Assembly: GCA_031367105.1 (NCBI GenBank)
Contig: JANLPG010000095.1
Coordinates: 27,142 to 91,141 of the forward strand
Direction of reading: 5' to 3'
From: Gemmatimonadota bacterium
GTDB lineage: Bacteria > Gemmatimonadota > Gemmatimonadetes > Gemmatimonadales > GWC2-71-9
Length of the DNA stretch: 64,000 nucleotides
Shown here in pieces: positions 9,548 to 17,474 of this stretch (positions are counted from its first letter, which is position 1; each line of letters opens with the position of its first letter). Below the pieces are notes generated by a model. That model was not told where the DNA came from and did not search any database. It saw nothing but the letters and a program-made list of their open reading frames with translations. The position numbers and the translations under genes are program-made.

Positions 9548-10479
9548 GCTTTCGCGAGCAACTTCGGGCGCGCGCAGCGGGAACCGGTGCCCGGATTGTC
9601 CTGCCCGAGGGCGACGATCCGCGGATCCGTGGCGCCGCCGACACGCTCGTCCGGCTGGGGATCGCGACGCCAATCCTGCTCGGCGGCCCGGCGCCCCGGC
9701 CGGTCGATCACCCGATGCTCGCGTCAGTGGCCGAACATCTTCGCGCCAGACGTCCGGAAGCGGTGCGCGACGGTGTGCACGCCCTCGACCTGGCGAGCGA
9801 CCCGCTGCGGTTCGCTGCTTCGCTGGTTGCCATCGGGGCGGCAGATGGCTGCGTGGCGGGCGCGGTCGAAACGACCGCCGACGTGGTACGCGCGGCGCTC
9901 TGGGCGATCGGACTCCGGCGTGGGCTAGGCACGGTGAGTGCTGCGATGTACCACGGCCTCCCCGACGGTCGCGTCTACACCTTTACCGACATTGCAGTGC
10001 TGCCGGCGCCGACCGCGCCGCAACTTGCGGACGCCGCCCTAGCCGCGGCACTGGATCGCCGGGCCCTCGTCGGCGACGAGCCGATCGTGGCGTTCCTCTC
10101 CTACAGCACCAAGGGCAGCGCGACGGGTCCGGATCCCGTCCGGATGCAAGCGGCGCTGGCATTGTTCCGGGTCCTGGCGCCCGGAATCGTCGCGGACGGG
10201 GAGCTGCAGGTCGATGCCGCGATCGTTCCCGATGTCGCGAGGCGAAAGTGCCCCGACTCCCCGGTCGCGGGCCGCGCCAATATTCTGGTCTTCCCGTCCC
10301 TCGATGCGGCCAACATCGCCTACAAGTTGACTGAGCGACTGGGTGGTGCGAGTGCGGCTGGACCCCTGCTTCAGGGACTCGCACGACCGATGTCCGACCT
10401 GTCGCGCGGGGCCTCGACGGACGATATTGTGGATGTGGCGGCGATGGTGGCGCTCCAAGCGAGCGCCCGGACGGACTGA
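9544..10479 (+). CDS. pta: phosphate acetyl/butyryl-transferase (PTA_PTB family)
   Basis: 311 aa with IVLPEGDDPRIRGAA...PILLG at the N-terminus and C-terminal ANILVFPSLDAANIAYKL, typical of phosphotransacetylases. Confidence 0.85.
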   Translation: MSFREQLRARAAGTGARIVLPEGDDPRIRGAADTLVRLGIATPILLGGPAPRPVDHPMLASVAEHLRARRPEAVRDGVHALDLASDPLRFAASLVAIGAADGCVAGAVETTADVVRAALWAIGLRRGLGTVSAAMYHGLPDGRVYTFTDIAVLPAPTAPQLADAALAAALDRRALVGDEPIVAFLSYSTKGSATGPDPVRMQAALALFRVLAPGIVADGELQVDAAIVPDVARRKCPDSPVAGRANILVFPSLDAANIAYKLTERLGGASAAGPLLQGLARPMSDLSRGASTDDIVDVAAMVALQASARTD

Positions 10480-10490
10480 ATCAAGGAGCA

Positions 10491-10832
10491 ATGGCGATGG
10501 CGTTTTCGGCAAACCGGGATGCTGGCGGAGTGACCGTGGTGGCGGTCGAAGGGCAGCTCATCGTGGCGAACCGCCAGGAGCTCAAGCAGTTGATGCAAGA
10601 CGCGCTGGACCGGGGAGAGCTCAAGTTTTTGCTCGACTTCACTCGAACGGCGTACATCGATTCCTCCGGGCTCGGTGCCCTCGTCTCCATCAGCAAGAAG
10701 GTGCGCGAGGCGGGCGGCGACTTGCGGCTGGCCGGTCTGAATGAAGACCTTCGCTCGCTGTTCGAGTTGACCAAGCTCGACACGTTGTTCACGATCTCCG
10801 AGACCGCCTCGGAGGCACTCGCGGGCTTCTGA
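10491..10832 (+). CDS. STAS-domain anti-sigma-factor antagonist (SpoIIAA/RsbV-like)
   Basis: 113 aa with the conserved phosphorylatable motif YIDSSGLGALV and ...LRLAGLNEDLRSLFELTKLDTLF. Confidence 0.88.
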   Translation: MAMAFSANRDAGGVTVVAVEGQLIVANRQELKQLMQDALDRGELKFLLDFTRTAYIDSSGLGALVSISKKVREAGGDLRLAGLNEDLRSLFELTKLDTLFTISETASEALAGF

Positions 10833-10841
10833 GGTCGCGCG

Positions 10842-11288
10842 ATGATCACCGCCGCCCGGCTTGCTCCCCGCGACCCCAACGGCAGCCACCGCTTTCGCGT
10901 CGAGTTGCCGACGGATCTCGCGCAGGTGGGTTGCGTCGTGGAAGCGGTGATGGAATGCTGCAACACCGTCGCCACCGTTTCCAGCCGCACCCGCTTTCGC
11001 CTCTGCACGGTCGTCGCCGAGGCCGTGGCGAACGCGATGGTCAATGGCAATCGGAATGATCCCGGTCGCCTCGTCATCGTCGACATCGAATTCGATAGCG
11101 ATCAAATCGTGATCGCCGTCTCCGACGAAGGCGATGGCTTCGACCCCGAGGCGGTCCCTGACCCAACCCACCCCACCACCCTCGATGCCACTCGGGGTCG
11201 AGGCCTCTATATGATTCGCTCACTGGCAGATCACGTCGCGTTCAATGACCGGGGAAATACGATCTGGATGACGCTCCCCCGCTGCTGA
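10842..11288 (+). CDS. anti-sigma regulatory serine kinase (RsbW/SpoIIAB-like HATPase_c)
   Basis: 148 aa with an N-box-like AEAVANAMVNGN, G1 DEGDGFD and G2 GRGLYMIRSLAD. Confidence 0.82.
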   Translation: MITAARLAPRDPNGSHRFRVELPTDLAQVGCVVEAVMECCNTVATVSSRTRFRLCTVVAEAVANAMVNGNRNDPGRLVIVDIEFDSDQIVIAVSDEGDGFDPEAVPDPTHPTTLDATRGRGLYMIRSLADHVAFNDRGNTIWMTLPRC

Positions 11289-11377
11289 GCCACCTCGGGG
11301 ACGCCCTTGCGCCGCTGGGAGCCCTCGCCGGGGCCACGCTGCGACTCTGGCGACTGGAGGGGGAGCACTGGCACCTG

Positions 11378-12808
11378 GTGGCCGGCTCGACTTCGGGGGC
11401 CGACGCGCCGCGCGCGCCGCGCCAGGATGCTGCGGCGTGGCACGCCATCCCGGACGCTCCGGGTCATTTTCTCGAAATTCTCCCCGGCCCCGGTGCACGC
11501 GCCGACGATCTCGCTGCGAGGCTGCTCCCCGTGGTGCATCACCTGCTCGATGCCGATCGCAGTATCACCTCGCTCACCTACGAACTCGCGGCCCGCTACG
11601 AAGAGATTGACCTGCTCTACACCATTGGAGAATTGCTCGGTCACGCCCGGTCGGTCGACGAGGTTGCCTCGATCATTCTGCGCGAAGTCACCGCCGTCGT
11701 GGGGGCCCGTCGTGCCGGATTGCGGGTCTACCACGAAACCACCGGGATGCTGAGCACCGTGGCGACACTCGGGATGGCGGCGGGAGTGATTCCAGCGGAT
11801 ATTCACGTCGACGAGCCCGATACCGTCGTCGCCCGGGCCTTCCGTTCGGCGCAGATCGAAACCGGCGTCCAGCCACACTGGGTGCCGGGCGAAGTCCTTG
11901 CCGTGCCGATCAGCTACGCCGCCGCGGGGCAGCCGTCGCGAGTGGTCGGGACGTTGGCACTCGCCGACCGGGCGGGCGGCGGTTCGTTCACGCGCGAAGA
12001 GACCAAGTTGGTCGCGGCGGTCGCGACGCAGATCGGCGCCGCCCTCGAGAATGCTCGACTGGTCTCCCGCGAGCACGAACGGCAACGGCTGGAACGCGAG
12101 CTTGAACTCGCCCACGACCTGCAACTCCGGTTGATGCCCACCGCCGCGGTGTTGCGCGGCGAGGCCGATGTTGCAGTGCGCTCTGAAGCTGCGGAGTCGC
12201 TGGGTGGCGACTTCTACACCTTCTCCCGCCTCGGTCGCGGGCGGATCGGCGTGATGATGGGCGATGTTTCATCCCACGGATTCTCCGCGGCAATCATCGC
12301 TGCGCAAGTAATGGCAATGGCGGGGATTCACGCGAATTCGACCACACCACCCGACGAGACGCTCGCGCTGATGCACGACTCGCTGCGCGACGAACTGAGC
12401 AACACCGAGATGTACCTCTCGGTGTTCTACGGCATTCTCGATCCGACCGCGGGCCGGCTCACGTACACCAACGCGGGGCATCCCTATGCCTTCCGTGTAC
12501 CACGCTTCGGCGAACTCGAGCGGCTTGCCCCGACCGCACCGCCACTGGGCCTCGTCGATGCAGGCGGATTCGGACGACGGATCGTGCCGTGGCGCTTCAC
12601 TCAGGATCTACTGGTGCTGTTCACCGACGGAATGGTGGATCAGCAGGATGCGCACGGAGACCGCTTTGGGGAGCCGCGCCTGCTTGCACGCCTCGACGCC
12701 GAACGCCACCGGCCGCCGGCCGCACTGATGCAGTTGTTGCTCGATGAAGTCGCGACCTTCGGCGGTCGACCCACCGACGACCGCACCCTGCTCATCCTGC
12801 GGATGTAG
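11378..12808 (+). CDS. GAF-domain PP2C-type serine phosphatase (RsbU/SpoIIE family)
   Basis: 476 aa with an N-terminal GAF-like region and PP2C motifs GGDFYTF, GDVSSHG and FTDGMVD. The start is uncertain: GTG 11378 is the first ATG/GTG, but the frame stays open upstream to 11249. Confidence 0.85.
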   Translation: MAGSTSGADAPRAPRQDAAAWHAIPDAPGHFLEILPGPGARADDLAARLLPVVHHLLDADRSITSLTYELAARYEEIDLLYTIGELLGHARSVDEVASIILREVTAVVGARRAGLRVYHETTGMLSTVATLGMAAGVIPADIHVDEPDTVVARAFRSAQIETGVQPHWVPGEVLAVPISYAAAGQPSRVVGTLALADRAGGGSFTREETKLVAAVATQIGAALENARLVSREHERQRLERELELAHDLQLRLMPTAAVLRGEADVAVRSEAAESLGGDFYTFSRLGRGRIGVMMGDVSSHGFSAAIIAAQVMAMAGIHANSTTPPDETLALMHDSLRDELSNTEMYLSVFYGILDPTAGRLTYTNAGHPYAFRVPRFGELERLAPTAPPLGLVDAGGFGRRIVPWRFTQDLLVLFTDGMVDQQDAHGDRFGEPRLLARLDAERHRPPAALMQLLLDEVATFGGRPTDDRTLLILRM

Positions 12809-12810
12809 GC

Positions 12811-13608
12811 GTGCACGCCAGAAAATCGCTCGGCCAGCACTTTCTGACTGACCCGCGCCTGCTCGGGCGGATTGCGGCGGCCACCGGCGCAGGCGCGCGC
12901 GACGTCGTGCTCGAGATCGGGCCAGGGAAGGGGTCGCTGACCGGTGCGCTGCTCGATCGGGGTTGCACCGTTGTTGCCATTGAACGGGATGAGCGAATGG
13001 CGGTCCCCCTGCAGCGCCACTTCGCGGGCCGCAGCTTCGCACTGGTCACCGGTGACGCGCTCGAACTGGACTGGCCGGCCCTCGTCGCCCCCTGGACCGT
13101 CGATGGCTTCACCTGGCGGGTCGCGGGGAACATCCCCTACTACATCACCTCACCGCTGCTCGAGCGAGCACTCACCGCGCCGTTCCCGGCTTCGGTGACC
13201 TACCTGGTGCAGAAGGAAGTGGCCGATCGGATCGTCGCACCGGCGGGACACGATGACTACGGCGCACTCTCGATCGGGATTCAGGCCGTGGCGCACGCCA
13301 CCCGGTTGTTCACGGTCGGGAAAGGCGCCTTCGCGCCGCCACCCAAGGTCGACTCGGCCGTCCTTCACCTGGTTCCCCGAGCGGTGCCACTCATCCCGGC
13401 CCATCAGGTACGAGCCTTCCGCACGTTGGTCACCGGGCTGTTCTCCTATCGCCGGAAACGGATGCAACGGGCCCTGCGGGAGGCCCTCGGCCTCTCGGCA
13501 GAGGCGTCGGCGCGGATTCTTGCTGCGGCCGGGATCGATCCCGACGTCCGGCCGGAAGTGGTTGACGTCGCGGCCTTTGTCCGATTGCTGGCAGTCGTTC
13601 CGCCCTGA
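12811..13608 (+). CDS. rsmA: 16S rRNA (adenine1518/1519-N6)-dimethyltransferase
   Basis: 265 aa with KSLGQHFLTD, VLEIGPGKGSLT and GNIPYYITSP, the KsgA/RsmA signatures. Confidence 0.93.
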   Translation: MHARKSLGQHFLTDPRLLGRIAAATGAGARDVVLEIGPGKGSLTGALLDRGCTVVAIERDERMAVPLQRHFAGRSFALVTGDALELDWPALVAPWTVDGFTWRVAGNIPYYITSPLLERALTAPFPASVTYLVQKEVADRIVAPAGHDDYGALSIGIQAVAHATRLFTVGKGAFAPPPKVDSAVLHLVPRAVPLIPAHQVRAFRTLVTGLFSYRRKRMQRALREALGLSAEASARILAAAGIDPDVRPEVVDVAAFVRLLAVVPP

Positions 13609-13661
13609 CGCCGCCCCTGGCCAGACGCGGCTGGCTCCCCCAGTTGCCCCGACCCCCCCGC

Positions 13662-13679
13662 TCGTGAAACATTTCACAA
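13662..13679 (+). promoter_or_regulatory. Rex operator (ROP box)
   Basis: TCGTGAAACATTTCACAA matches the published Rex consensus TTGTGAA-N4-TTCACAA at 13 of 14 defined positions. It is a perfect GTGAAA/TTTCAC inverted repeat ending immediately 5' of the rex ATG (13680). Confidence 0.7.
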
Positions 13680-14315
13680 ATGCACTCTCGCAAGATCGCC
13701 GACTCCACGGTCCGCCGCTTGGCGATCTACCTGCGCTTTCTGGAGGAGTTCGACCATCAGGGGCAGGACACGCTCTCCTCCGACGCGCTGGCGCGGCGGG
13801 CGGGAACTACGTCGGCGCAGGTTCGGAAGGATCTTTCGTTCTTCGGATCGTTCGGCAAACGGGGACTGGGCTATGATGTACATGCGCTGGCCGAACGACT
13901 TCGCGAGATCCTCGGACTGGTGCGCCGCTACCGGGTCGTGCTGGTCGGGGCGGGGAGGCTCGCCGGGGCGTTGGTGAAATTTTCGGGATTTGGCGCACGG
14001 GGCTTCGACATCGTCGCCGTCGTCGACCAGGACCCCGCCAAGATTGGCAAGACGTGGGGCGCACTGGTCATTCAAGACGTGGTGAGGCTCGAAACGGTGG
14101 TGCGTGACGAACGGATCGACATCGCGATCCTGGTGACGCCGGGTGATCCTGCGCAGGGGCTCGTCGATCGCCTTGTCGCCGTCGGGGTCACCGCGATCCT
14201 CTCTTTCGCCCCCGTGCAGTTGCAGGTCCCCGATGGCGTCGACGTCAAGAATGTCAACCTCGCGATCGAGCTGGAGACACTGTCCTATTCACTGCAGCAC
14301 CGGGTGCACAAATGA
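13680..14315 (+). CDS. rex: redox-sensing transcriptional repressor Rex
   Basis: 211 aa with an N-terminal winged-helix RRLAIYLRFLEEF...SSDALA and a Rossmann motif VVLVGAGRLAGAL. Confidence 0.92.
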   Translation: MHSRKIADSTVRRLAIYLRFLEEFDHQGQDTLSSDALARRAGTTSAQVRKDLSFFGSFGKRGLGYDVHALAERLREILGLVRRYRVVLVGAGRLAGALVKFSGFGARGFDIVAVVDQDPAKIGKTWGALVIQDVVRLETVVRDERIDIAILVTPGDPAQGLVDRLVAVGVTAILSFAPVQLQVPDGVDVKNVNLAIELETLSYSLQHRVHK

Positions 14316-14322
14316 GGCAGGA

Positions 14323-15141
14323 GTGACCGGACTGACCGCCTATCCCAATGGCACGCTGGTGGAACGCGCGATCGAGCTGATGCAGGGCGGTGCGCTCGAC
14401 GCGGAGGTCATTGCGGCACGGGTGCTGGGGCTGCCCAATGCGCCACGCGCCGTTGCAGAACGACTCGCGACGGCGCTCCTCGGGTCCGACCCGCGGGTGC
14501 GGCAGCAGGCAAGTGGGGGCTGGGCGCTGGTCGTCGCGGCGCAGGGATCGCCACTCCTGGAACAATGTGCCTTCGCTGTCGTGGACGTCGAGACCACCGG
14601 GATGCACGCGTTGGGTGACGATCGAATCACCGAGATCGCGGTCGTGGTGGTCGAAGGAACCCGGCGGGAGGTCGTCTTCGACTCGCTGGTCAATCCCGGC
14701 CGCTCCATCCCTGGGCGCATCACCGAGCTGACTGGCATCTCGGATGCGATGGTCGCCACCGCGCCACTGTTCAGCCAGATCGCCGACCAGGTTGTGGCGG
14801 CGCTGGCGGGTCGTGTCTTCGTGGCACATAATGCGCGCTTCGACTGGGGCTTCGTAGGCGCTGAGGTCAAGCGGAGTCGAGACCTGGCGCTCGACGGCCC
14901 GCGCCTCTGCACGGTGCGCCTCGCCCGCCGACTGGTGCGCAACGAGCCCTCCTACTCGCTCGGTGCGCTTGCCGTGCGCTTCGGGCTCGAGTTCGCTGCG
15001 CGCCACCGTGCCGCCGGTGACGCGATGGTCACCGGGATGCTGCTGCAGCGCCTGCTCGACTCCGCGCGCGATCTGGGCGCGCACACGCTGGCCGAGCTCG
15101 AGCTGCTGCATCGCACGCCCGTCAGCGAGCTTCCGGGATGA
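14323..15141 (+). CDS. DnaQ-like 3'-5' exonuclease (DNA polymerase III epsilon family)
   Basis: ExoI motif FAVVDVETTG, ExoII FVAHNARFDWGF and ExoIII HRAAGDA. GTG 14323 is preceded by aggcaggag. The upstream part of the 14143 ORF overlaps rex. Confidence 0.85.
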   Translation: MTGLTAYPNGTLVERAIELMQGGALDAEVIAARVLGLPNAPRAVAERLATALLGSDPRVRQQASGGWALVVAAQGSPLLEQCAFAVVDVETTGMHALGDDRITEIAVVVVEGTRREVVFDSLVNPGRSIPGRITELTGISDAMVATAPLFSQIADQVVAALAGRVFVAHNARFDWGFVGAEVKRSRDLALDGPRLCTVRLARRLVRNEPSYSLGALAVRFGLEFAARHRAAGDAMVTGMLLQRLLDSARDLGAHTLAELELLHRTPVSELPG

Positions 15142-16034
15142 GTGGCGTCACCACATTCACGATCGGTCGACTCACCGTGCACGCCCTCGAAGGCGGGCAG
15201 CAGCGCCTCGATGGTGGTGCCATGTTTGGCGTCGTGCCGAAGCCGCTCTGGGAGCGTCGGATCGCGCCCGATCCGAGGAACCGGATCACCCTGGCGATGC
15301 GCGCGTTGCTGATCGAGCACGACGACGGCTTGGTGCTGGTCGAGACGGCACTCGGGAACAAGGAGGGGGAGAAGTTCCGCGACATCTACGGGATCGAGAA
15401 CAGTGGCGCCGACGGGCGCACGACGCTCGAAGACTCGCTTGCCCTGCTTGGGCATTCACCGGCCGATATTCGCACCGTCCTCAACACGCACCTCCATTTC
15501 GACCACGCCGGTGGCGACACCTTCATCGCGGCTGACGATCCGGAGCGGCGGGTCCAGCTGGCGTTTCCCAACGCGACCTATGTGACTCACCGTCGCGAAT
15601 TCGAATGGGCTACGCATACGAACGAGCGCACCCACGCCAGCTACATCCCGCACAACTTCCTCCCGGTCGTGGAGGCCGGGAAGTTCCGGTTCCTCGAGGG
15701 CCCTGCCGGCACTGTGGTGCCGGGAGTGCGGGTGATCGTGACGCCGGGACACGTGCCGTGGCACCTCTCGGTCCTGATCGAGAGCGCGGGAGAGGCGCTG
15801 CTCTTTCCGGCCGACGTGGTGCCCACGGCACACCATCTCCCCCTCGCCTGGATCATGGGCTATGACGTGGAGCCACTGCGGACAATGGAGAGCAAGCGGG
15901 CGCTCTTCTACCGCGGGATGGCCGAGGGGTGGCGGATTGTCTTCACCCACGACGCCGAGACGGTGGGTGGGCGGCTGGTCGCTGGGGAGCGGGGAACAGA
16001 GCTGGCAGAGGTGGTGCGGGCACCAGGAGCGTGA
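15138..16034 (+). CDS. MBL-fold metallo-hydrolase
   Basis: 298 aa with the metallo-beta-lactamase motif HLHFDHAGG and later TPGH/H residues. ATGA overlap with the upstream gene. Confidence 0.85.
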   Translation: MSGVTTFTIGRLTVHALEGGQQRLDGGAMFGVVPKPLWERRIAPDPRNRITLAMRALLIEHDDGLVLVETALGNKEGEKFRDIYGIENSGADGRTTLEDSLALLGHSPADIRTVLNTHLHFDHAGGDTFIAADDPERRVQLAFPNATYVTHRREFEWATHTNERTHASYIPHNFLPVVEAGKFRFLEGPAGTVVPGVRVIVTPGHVPWHLSVLIESAGEALLFPADVVPTAHHLPLAWIMGYDVEPLRTMESKRALFYRGMAEGWRIVFTHDAETVGGRLVAGERGTELAEVVRAPGA

Positions 16035-16066
16035 AACCGTCCGTTCCACCTCGGAACGCAGACCTC

Positions 16067-16095
16067 TTGACCGAGCGATCGGGTTCCACTAGGAT
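16067..16095 (+). promoter_or_regulatory. candidate sigma70-type promoter for infC leader
   Basis: TTGACC (16067-16072), 17-nt spacer, TAGGAT (16090-16095). Same architecture as other operon-start candidates in this window. Confidence 0.4.
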
Positions 16096-16101
16096 TGTCC
16101 C

Positions 16102-16241
16102 CGTTCAAGTGAGTGGGAAACCACTCCACCCCGAGCCGGCAGGAGATGGCGAATGGGTCCGAAGAGTCATAAGCATCCACGCCTCCGGGCGTGCGGTGCG
16201 CCTCTACGGACACCCCGCCACCAGTGGGGTGTCCTTTTTTT
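16102..16241 (+). promoter_or_regulatory. structured 5' leader RNA of infC-rpmI-rplT ending in an intrinsic terminator (candidate r-protein/L20-type attenuator)
   Basis: GNRA hairpin gagtgg-GAAA-ccactc (16111-16126) and UNCG-type hairpin cacgcc-UCCG-ggcgtg (16178-16193). The terminator stem ggacacccc/ggggtgtcc is followed by T7. Confidence 0.5.
16208..16241 (+). terminator. rho-independent terminator/attenuator upstream of infC
   Basis: Perfect 9-bp stem ggacacccc (16208-16216) / ggggtgtcc (16226-16234) with a 9-nt loop, followed by ttttttt (16235-16241). Confidence 0.8.
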
Positions 16242-16260
16242 CTGGTCTCCGAACGAGGGA

Positions 16261-16305
16261 ATGGCCCACTGTCCAGCTTCGAGCGTGAGCGTCGAGTTCG
16301 AGTGA
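16261..16305 (+). CDS. 14-codon upstream ORF (MAHCPASSVSVEFE*) overlapping the infC start
   Basis: ATG 16261 is preceded by the SD-like gaggga at the usual spacing. Its TGA (16303-16305) overlaps the infC GTG (16302-16304) as GTGA. Translation is unproven. Confidence 0.35.
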   Translation: MAHCPASSVSVEFE

Positions 16306-16790
16306 ATCGGCAGATCCGGATTTCGCCGGTTCGCGTGGTGACCGCGGAAGGAGAACAGCTCGGCGTCCTCTCGATCGAAGAGGCGTTGGCAGCCGCAGCG
16401 GAACGTGGACTCGACCTGGTCGAAGTCGCGCCGATGGCCCGCCCGCCCGTGGTCAAGATCATGGACTACGGCAAGTACAAGTTCGAGGAAGCCAAGGCAG
16501 CTCGGGCGGCCAAGAAGAAGCAGCACGTGATTCACCTGAAGGAAGTGAAGTACCGGCCCGGGATCGACGACCACGATTTCGACTTCAAGACCCGCCACGC
16601 CCGGGAGTTCCTTGGCGAAGGGAACAAGGTGAAGGTCACAATGATGTTCCGCGGTCGACAGATCGCGCACACGGAGCTGGGGAAAGCGGTCCTCGACCGC
16701 GTCGCCGCAGCCCTCGTTGATATCGGCAAGGTCGAGCAGGATGCCAAGCTCGATGGCCGAAACATGATCATGGTGCTTGCGCCGAAATAG
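16302..16790 (+). CDS. infC: translation initiation factor IF-3
   Basis: NRQIRISPVRVV...LGVLSIEEALAAAAERGLDLVEVAP...PPVVKIMDYGKYKFEE... is canonical IF-3. The 16191 ORF start would run through the terminator, so GTG 16302 is used. Exact start uncertain, since IF-3 genes often use unusual starts. Confidence 0.85.
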   Translation: MNRQIRISPVRVVTAEGEQLGVLSIEEALAAAAERGLDLVEVAPMARPPVVKIMDYGKYKFEEAKAARAAKKKQHVIHLKEVKYRPGIDDHDFDFKTRHAREFLGEGNKVKVTMMFRGRQIAHTELGKAVLDRVAAALVDIGKVEQDAKLDGRNMIMVLAPK

Positions 16791-16820
16791 GCGTGGCCCC
16801 GAACTAGGACGGAGACGAGT

Positions 16821-17015
16821 ATGCCAAAGCAGAAAACCAAGCGCGCCGCGATGAAGCGCTTCAAGGTGACCGGCAGCGGGAAGATCAAGCGTGGCCGCGC
16901 CAACAAGCGTCACATCCTGACGAAGAAGACGACCAAGCGGAAGAGCCAGCTCGGCAAGTCAGCCCTGGTCAGCTCCGCCGATTATCGTCGTACCATCAAG
17001 CTGCTTCAGGCCTGA
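16821..17015 (+). CDS. rpmI: 50S ribosomal protein L35
   Basis: 64 aa with [36 protein letters not shown]... Confidence 0.95.
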   Translation: MPKQKTKRAAMKRFKVTGSGKIKRGRANKRHILTKKTTKRKSQLGKSALVSSADYRRTIKLLQA

Positions 17016-17027
17016 GGAGAGTAGACC

Positions 17028-17384
17028 ATGCCACGCGTAACCAACGGGCCGGCGCACCACGCCCGCAAGAAGAAGATCATGGAGGCGGCCAAGGGCGGCT
17101 TCGGCGCCCGCAGCAAGCTGTACAAGGCCGCCAAGGAAAATGTCGAGCGCGGGCTGGCCTATGCCTATCGCGATCGTCGCAAGAAGAAGGGAGATTTCCG
17201 GACCCTGTGGATCACGCGCATCGGTGCCGCAGCCCGGATGCACGAGCTTTCGTACTCGCGCCTGATGTTCGGCCTCAAGCAGGCTGGCGTCGAGATCAAT
17301 CGGAAGGTGCTCGCGGACCTTGCCGTGCACGACGCCGAGGCCTTTGCGAAGCTGGCTGAGGTCGCGAAGTCCCATCAGGGCTGA
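17028..17384 (+). CDS. rplT: 50S ribosomal protein L20
   Basis: 118 aa with [37 protein letters not shown]...[13 protein letters not shown]... Confidence 0.95.
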   Translation: MPRVTNGPAHHARKKKIMEAAKGGFGARSKLYKAAKENVERGLAYAYRDRRKKKGDFRTLWITRIGAAARMHELSYSRLMFGLKQAGVEINRKVLADLAVHDAEAFAKLAEVAKSHQG

Positions 17385-17416
17385 TTCGCCCGCATTGTTG
17401 TGACTCTCGTGGGGCC

Positions 17417-17454
17417 GGCCGTCGCTGTACGGACGGCCCCGCGCCGGTTTTCGC
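17417..17454 (+). terminator. GC-rich hairpin plus short T-run between rplT and pheS (weak terminator/attenuator)
   Basis: ggccgtc (17417-17423) pairs with gacggcc (17432-17438), followed by ccgcgccggtttt. Weak U-tract. Confidence 0.3.
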
Positions 17455-17474
17455 AGTTCCCGTCCGGAGCCCGC

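Noticed and set aside
16145-16156. 12-nt identity (ATGGCGAATGGG) to the J4/2-P2 segment of the HDV genomic ribozyme inside the infC leader
   Set aside because: An HDV-like fold needs a 5' strand complementary to the following GGGTCC (P2), plus P1/P3/P1.1 pairings. I could not find a GGACCC-type partner or the nested pseudoknot upstream, so this is probably a chance match.
16191-16301. Longer infC reading frame starting at GTG 16191
   Set aside because: It would place the strong terminator hairpin and T7 tract (16208-16241) inside the coding region. It would also add a non-homologous N-terminus (MRCASTDTPPPVGCPFFLVSERG...).
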